IMG/VR virus record: IMGVR_UViG_3300025084_000015
Origin: an uncultured virus (IMG/VR IMGVR_UViG_3300025084_000015)
Taxonomy: Duplodnaviria > Heunggongvirae > Uroviricota > Caudoviricetes
Strand: one strand, 5' to 3'
DNA: 20,000 nt
Each line of letters opens with the position of its first letter. Position 1 is the first letter of the stretch. The notes under the pieces are model-generated. The model was given only the letters and a program-made list of their open reading frames with translations, made no database searches and was not told where the DNA came from. This document shows positions 15,740-20,000 of this stretch, piece after piece. The position numbers were made by a program, and so were the translations under genes.

Positions 15740-16498
15740 TTATCCTATAAAATCTAGTGGTGGTAATTCGTGCTCAAGACGAATTTTTTCTTCTAATTTC
15801 TCGATATCTGCAATTGCATCATCGTAAATAGCACGGCCATTCATTGTAACGCCTCCAGGTAAAACCATACCTTCGAACTTAATAAGGTTTATTCCCCATT
15901 GACGTTTGACAAGAGCAGTCGAGTACTTTTTAAGAAACATGTCGTTATATACTGCAGTAAATGCTTCTGGATCGACTGAGCTATATCCATCAAACACAAC
16001 ATAGTTTCCTACTCCGAGATCTTTTAAAGTATCTGTATGAAAGTTTACTCTGCTTTTGTGTCTGCTGTACTGAATCATTTCGTAAACGCCATTTACGTTA
16101 CGATCTATCAGCGAAAGATATTGTTTAGTCAACTCATAGTTAACGATACCACCGAATGAACCATTCAAGTCGAATATGTCATTCATGTGTAACTGGTAGT
16201 CTACAGAAAAAAGGGATGTTCCAGAATTGGTGTTGCTTATATTAAATACGTTATTAATCGATAAGATATTCGCTCCAGCTGCTAGAGAAATATACCCATT
16301 ATCAATATCAGTTTGAGTCACTTGGTGCTTAAGAAGATTGCGCACCACCGCGTCACTGTGAAATTCTTGATAAAATTGAATTGCCTCATCAACGCGATCT
16401 TCAATTTGATCATCATCAACGTTTATTTCGATAACAGGATGGCCTAATGCCCTCAAGCAATAATCGATAAGTTTTTGTCTTGTATTCGGTATAGCCAT
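15740..16498 (-). CDS. gp13: Neck protein gp13
   Basis: 'YCLRALGHPVIEINVDDDQIEDRVDEA', 'KRQWG.NLIKF.G..LPGGVT.NG'. Confidence 0.96.
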   Translation of the reverse strand: MAIPNTRQKLIDYCLRALGHPVIEINVDDDQIEDRVDEAIQFYQEFHSDAVVRNLLKHQVTQTDIDNGYISLAAGANILSINNVFNISNTNSGTSLFSVDYQLHMNDIFDLNGSFGGIVNYELTKQYLSLIDRNVNGVYEMIQYSRHKSRVNFHTDTLKDLGVGNYVVFDGYSSVDPEAFTAVYNDMFLKKYSTALVKRQWGINLIKFEGMVLPGGVTMNGRAIYDDAIADIEKLEEKIRLEHELPPLDFIG

Positions 16499-16504
16499 AT
16501 TGTC

Positions 16505-16512
16505 TATTTATA
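16505..16512 (-). promoter_or_regulatory. T4 late promoter TATAAATA (gp13 operon)
   Basis: TATAAATA-GACAAT-ATG. Confidence 0.85.
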
Positions 16513-16582
16513 ATATTTTAACAACAACAATTGACAAAACATCAAGTGTTTGTTCTAAAACGCCTCTTATTTAAATATTTTA

Positions 16583-16762
16583 CTACTTCGCTTTCTCTTC
16601 TTTAGGAGGACCTAATTGCTCTTTACTCTGATCTTGAATCTTATTCGCAATAATAGATGCAGGTTCAGCAACCTGTAGGCCTTCTGATTTAACTGCTATA
16701 TCAATGAGTTGTAAAAGCGCGTTAAGTTCGTTTTCCTGCAATGATAGTTTAATTTCATTCAT
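16583..16762 (-). CDS. Small hypothetical protein, 59 aa (missed by the ORF track)
   Basis: ATG at 16762 to TAG at 16583: MNEIKLSLQENELNALLQLIDIAVKSEGLQVAEPASIIANKIQDQSKEQLGPPKEEKAK. Fills the glf-gp13 gap on the coding strand and has promoter motifs upstream. Confidence 0.8.
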   Translation of the reverse strand: MNEIKLSLQENELNALLQLIDIAVKSEGLQVAEPASIIANKIQDQSKEQLGPPKEEKAK

Positions 16763-16780
16763 GTTTTTAATACTGTTTTA

Positions 16781-16810
16781 ATTATATAGCACACAACTCC
16801 CGCTGTGCAA
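16781..16810 (-). promoter_or_regulatory. Possible sigma70-like promoter TTGCAC-N18-TATAAT for the 59-aa ORF
   Basis: gtgcaa at 16805-16810 and attata at 16781-16786 on the plus strand. Confidence 0.4.
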
Positions 16811-16814
16811 AATT

Positions 16815-16822
16815 TATTTATA
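16815..16822 (-). promoter_or_regulatory. T4 late promoter TATAAATA overlapping the glf stop codon
   Basis: GTA-TAA-ATA at the end of glf forms TATAAATA, upstream of the 59-aa ORF. Confidence 0.6.
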
Positions 16823-17807
16823 CGTTTTTTAGTTTTAGAAATGCGTGTTTTATTACCATCCACATATCTAAATATTTGTACTGTGCTAATCTGCCTAAAA
16901 AGATTGTATTTTTTTCGTTATCAGCTAATACTTTATACTTCTTATATGCTTCATGCAATTTTCCCCAAGGAATGGGATAAAACGGAATATCATCTCCTTC
17001 AGCATCTCTTGAATACTCACGTGTTATGACAGTTAGTCCTTTATGACCCGGTGTAAAATACGAATGATCATATTGACGAGTCCATGAATTAGTATAATTG
17101 CATTCATTATAAACTAAGGTATCTTGTTTCTTTGAAGTTACTTTGTGTTCAAAGTCAAGTGTTCTATATGGAAGAGTGCCATAACAATCATTAAAATATT
17201 CGTCTATCTTCCCAGTGTAAATTAGCTTATCATAAGAAGAATTTTTCCAATCATCTTGAGAGCAACCTAAAACAACCTCAATGCCATTAAGCATTTTCTC
17301 AAACATTTTTGTGTATCCTTCTTTTGGTACACATTGATATTTTTGCCCTTCAAACCATGTTGGATTATCGCAGTCTTTAGTCTTAGGGATTCTATTTGTA
17401 ATGGTTGATGGAATCTCATTGAATGGAACTCCCCATTGCTTTTCGCTATAATCACAGAAGACAAGATCAATAATTTCTTTTTCTGTAAGCTTAAAACCAA
17501 TAGCTTTCTCACAACCTTTATCATTATAAGGAAGAGGTATATCACCAAGTATTGTTCGACCTATTGGTCTATAATGCAATGGAGTCCATTCTGTGTATTT
17601 GGATAAAAATGCAAAAACTTCTTCATCATCAGTATGAAAAATATGAGGCCCATAGTTGTGCATATTAGTTCCGCAGACATTACTATCATAGCAATTACCT
17701 CCAATATGATTCCGAGACTCATAAATCTTAACTTCATGCCCTTTGTCTTTTAGCAAACGAGCTGCAGTTATCCCACTTAAGCCACAACCAACAATAACAA
17801 ACTTCAT
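16818..17807 (-). CDS. glf: UDP-galactopyranose mutase
   Basis: FAD-binding GCGLSG, 'HIGGNC', 'YGPHIFHT', 'YSEKQWG', 'TGKIDEYF', 'LPYRTL', 'PFYPI', 'LGRLAQYKYLDM'. Confidence 0.93.
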   Translation of the reverse strand: MKFVIVGCGLSGITAARLLKDKGHEVKIYESRNHIGGNCYDSNVCGTNMHNYGPHIFHTDDEEVFAFLSKYTEWTPLHYRPIGRTILGDIPLPYNDKGCEKAIGFKLTEKEIIDLVFCDYSEKQWGVPFNEIPSTITNRIPKTKDCDNPTWFEGQKYQCVPKEGYTKMFEKMLNGIEVVLGCSQDDWKNSSYDKLIYTGKIDEYFNDCYGTLPYRTLDFEHKVTSKKQDTLVYNECNYTNSWTRQYDHSYFTPGHKGLTVITREYSRDAEGDDIPFYPIPWGKLHEAYKKYKVLADNEKNTIFLGRLAQYKYLDMWMVIKHAFLKLKNV

Positions 17808-17854
17808 ATATTAAAATGCATTTTCATGCTCTTACTTTTGTTTTTGTGATTTAT

Positions 17855-17862
17855 TATTTATA
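17855..17862 (-). promoter_or_regulatory. T4 late promoter TATAAATA overlapping the GT25 stop codon, upstream of glf
   Basis: ATA-TAA-ATA at the end of the GT25 gene forms TATAAATA, 47 nt before the glf ATG. Confidence 0.6.
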
Positions 17863-18505
17863 TTTTAGGAATGTCTGATCCAAACTCACATAAATTTACA
17901 CCAAATTTAGAATGGTAAACATTTAGTAAACTTGTGGTGTATAATGCATCAATTGCTATTAAATTTTCAGATGACAGATAATCCATAATTTTTTTAGCAT
18001 TTTTAAAGACACTAAAATGTGCTCCACCAAACCTTTGATGAGTTTCATTTTGGTCAGCAAATTTAGATTCAGTGTGAACTCCTTCAATTTTGTTAATCCA
18101 TTTCTTAGATCCCCACATACTTCTAATAATGTCCCAATCTTTATACGTTTTATTTAAAATAAAATGATTAAGTTGTGATAATGTTTTTGCCGTAATAGCA
18201 ATATCATCCTCTAATATTATATATGGTTTAGAATTTCCGAGTTGACTTTTATGTATATTAAAATGTGATAAATAGACCCCAAACACTCCAATTCCTCTTG
18301 GGTGATACTTTTCTAAGTTAATATATTGTTTAAATCGTGGGGATGCTTTATTATAAAAATTTTTATACTTCCCAAACTTTATTTCATTAATAGTAGGACA
18401 GATCGCCTCAAATCTCTCATAACTAAGATTTAGATTAGACAACATCTCTTCCATGTGGTGTTTTCTATCCTTGCGTTTTTTTAAATTGATATAAAATACT
18501 TTCAC
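17858..18505 (-). CDS. Glycosyltransferase family 25 (Lic2A/LgtB-like)
   Basis: 'VFYINLKKRKDR', 'RFEAI', 'GVYLSHFNI', 'IILEDD' are GT25 signature motifs; GTG start. Confidence 0.88.
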   Translation of the reverse strand: MKVFYINLKKRKDRKHHMEEMLSNLNLSYERFEAICPTINEIKFGKYKNFYNKASPRFKQYINLEKYHPRGIGVFGVYLSHFNIHKSQLGNSKPYIILEDDIAITAKTLSQLNHFILNKTYKDWDIIRSMWGSKKWINKIEGVHTESKFADQNETHQRFGGAHFSVFKNAKKIMDYLSSENLIAIDALYTTSLLNVYHSKFGVNLCEFGSDIPKI

Positions 18506-18508
18506 TTC

Positions 18509-19063
18509 TTATTCTCCAAATTTGTATCCGAAATACTCAATGTCCTTTGCATATTTTTCCGCAACAATTTGTTTTGTTTCTTCATCGTAGTATTCGGCGT
18601 AATGCTTATGTTTTGTTTTGTTTACGTGAGGAAGTTTTTGTTGCGGAACTCCAATTTTGTCGCAAATAGTATTAAAGTCTTCCTGAAGATTTTCAAACCT
18701 ACCAATAAAATCGACTAAGCATACGTCACCTTCAAATAGTTTACTATGCTGTAATTTATGCTTTGCAGGAAATGGATTTAATAAAAAATCCAAGAAGCTC
18801 AAGCCTTTAGCACTTTCTATATATCCATGTTGAGTATCATCTTTAACTCTAAAGAAATACTGAGACAGTAATTTATCCCAAGGATTACGTATGATAGAGA
18901 ATTTAAAATAAGTATTAAATGCCTCGGGCTCATACTTTTTGTACCACCAAGCCCACTTATGCTTCTGCGGAGGATTCTCAGCGTTCACTAGAAGCTTAGT
19001 AATACTAGTGCCACCAGTTTTGTTTATGTGTATAAAGATAAACTTGTTTTTGTGACACATCAT
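18509..19063 (-). CDS. Sulfotransferase family 2 (carbohydrate sulfotransferase-like)
   Basis: 5'-PSB 'FIHINKTGGTS', 3'-PB 'FSIIRNPWDKLLSQY', 'DFIGRFENLQEDF', 'YAKDIEYFGYKF'. Confidence 0.9.
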   Translation of the reverse strand: MMCHKNKFIFIHINKTGGTSITKLLVNAENPPQKHKWAWWYKKYEPEAFNTYFKFSIIRNPWDKLLSQYFFRVKDDTQHGYIESAKGLSFLDFLLNPFPAKHKLQHSKLFEGDVCLVDFIGRFENLQEDFNTICDKIGVPQQKLPHVNKTKHKHYAEYYDEETKQIVAEKYAKDIEYFGYKFGE

Positions 19064-19066
19064 AAT

Positions 19067-19660
19067 CTATTCTCCAAATCTATATTTAAATGTATCTATA
19101 TCTTCTTCGAAGGTTCGCCCAATAAACTTAATTGATTGATTATCATAATATTCAGTATAATGAGTGTGTTTTGTTGCGTTTACATGAGGAAGTTTTACTC
19201 TAGGAGTATCGACTTGATCACAAACAAAATCAAAATCATTTTGAAAATTTTCAAACCTGCCCACAAAATCTGTTTTAATTGATCCATCTACAGTGATGAA
19301 ATCTAATTGTGGACGAAAATAAATCCACTTTTCCCAAACATGTTTCGCAAATATAAAATCCTTAAAATCTGAATATTCTTTCTTAATGTCTAATGTCATA
19401 GGTCTGTCATAAAGTGGTATACCACCTCTTTTTAAATACTCATAAGCACTCACAAATCTATCCCAAGGATTTCGAACAAACGCGAATTTGAATAAACCCT
19501 CTACGTCTAATTGAGGGCAATCATCAGTGTAATTAAAAACTAATTTAGATATCCCATAGTGGTCGTGACGTTTAAGATCGAATACCTTTTTAATAGATCT
19601 TCCTCCGCATTTAGGAATATGAATAAAAGCAAATTTATTTTTATTATCTACAAAAGGCAT
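19067..19660 (-). CDS. Sulfotransferase family 2 (paralog of 18509..19063)
   Basis: 'FIHIPKCGGRS', 'FAFVRNPWDRFVSAY', 'DFVGRFENFQNDF', 'EDIDTFKYRF'. Confidence 0.9.
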   Translation of the reverse strand: MPFVDNKNKFAFIHIPKCGGRSIKKVFDLKRHDHYGISKLVFNYTDDCPQLDVEGLFKFAFVRNPWDRFVSAYEYLKRGGIPLYDRPMTLDIKKEYSDFKDFIFAKHVWEKWIYFRPQLDFITVDGSIKTDFVGRFENFQNDFDFVCDQVDTPRVKLPHVNATKHTHYTEYYDNQSIKFIGRTFEEDIDTFKYRFGE

Positions 19661-19985
19661 TTTCTAAAGATTGATAGGGGCATTCTTGTTCATAGAAGTC
19701 AGTCCAAACATATTGCATATCTTTAATGTGTGCGGTTATAAGATCACCCTTTATATTAATTAAATTTTGACTTTTCTTCATTGTGTCATGATTAAAAGAA
19801 TACATTGTTTTAGGGTTGCTAACACGTATTTTATCATTTTCTTTATTAGCTATTTTCAATTTTCTATTTAAACGACCACAAATTTTTGATAATGCTATGT
19901 CAGAATGGCTTTGAAAATGTCTATTCTCTTTCCACCCATTTTCTATTACAAATTTCTGTATCAATTTAAAAGTTTTATCATTCAT
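19644..19985 (-). CDS. Hypothetical protein (may extend past the window edge)
   Basis: 113-aa ORF on the coding strand overlapping the sulfotransferase start. The frame stays open to 20000, but a TAATG junction at 19983-19987 also fits a start at 19985. Confidence 0.6.
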   Translation of the reverse strand: MNDKTFKLIQKFVIENGWKENRHFQSHSDIALSKICGRLNRKLKIANKENDKIRVSNPKTMYSFNHDTMKKSQNLINIKGDLITAHIKDMQYVWTDFYEQECPYQSLENAFCR

Positions 19986-20000
19986 TAAAATGCCAGCTCC

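Noticed and set aside
16531..16560. Plus-strand TTGACA and weak hairpin between gp13 and the 59-aa ORF
   Set aside because: There is no acceptable -10 box at 16-18 nt, and the stem is short and AT-rich.
16805..17548. Alternative ORFs 16805..17029 (+) and 17267..17548 (-)
   Set aside because: Both overlap glf and show no independent coding evidence.

Overview
This window is a continuous minus-strand segment of a T4-like (T4-superfamily, marine-type synteny) myovirus genome. In transcription order (right to left) it carries an accessory glycan-modification cluster: a hypothetical ORF, two tandem sulfotransferases, a GT25 glycosyltransferase, UDP-galactopyranose mutase and a small 59-aa ORF. 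Next comes the core virion module gp13-gp14-gp15-gp16-gp17-gp18-gp19-gp20-[gp67-like]-gp21-gp22-gp23-gp3, followed by uvsY, uvsW, a conserved hypothetical gene and the 5' part of the late sigma factor gp55. Eight T4 late-promoter octamers (TATAAATA) and two intrinsic terminators are visible. The main observations are four. (1) The gene at the gp67/gp68 position looks like a modular polyprotein: five unrelated modules joined by repeated ES(T/A)(D/N)L(D/E)EA linkers that match prohead-protease cleavage sites and are also DNA repeats. (2) A symmetric, back-to-back promoter pair lies upstream of gp55, with one arm firing antisense. (3) Late promoters sit inside the glycan/sulfotransferase cluster. 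(4) Several late transcripts appear leaderless. All calls come from motif recognition and synteny only; no searches were run.
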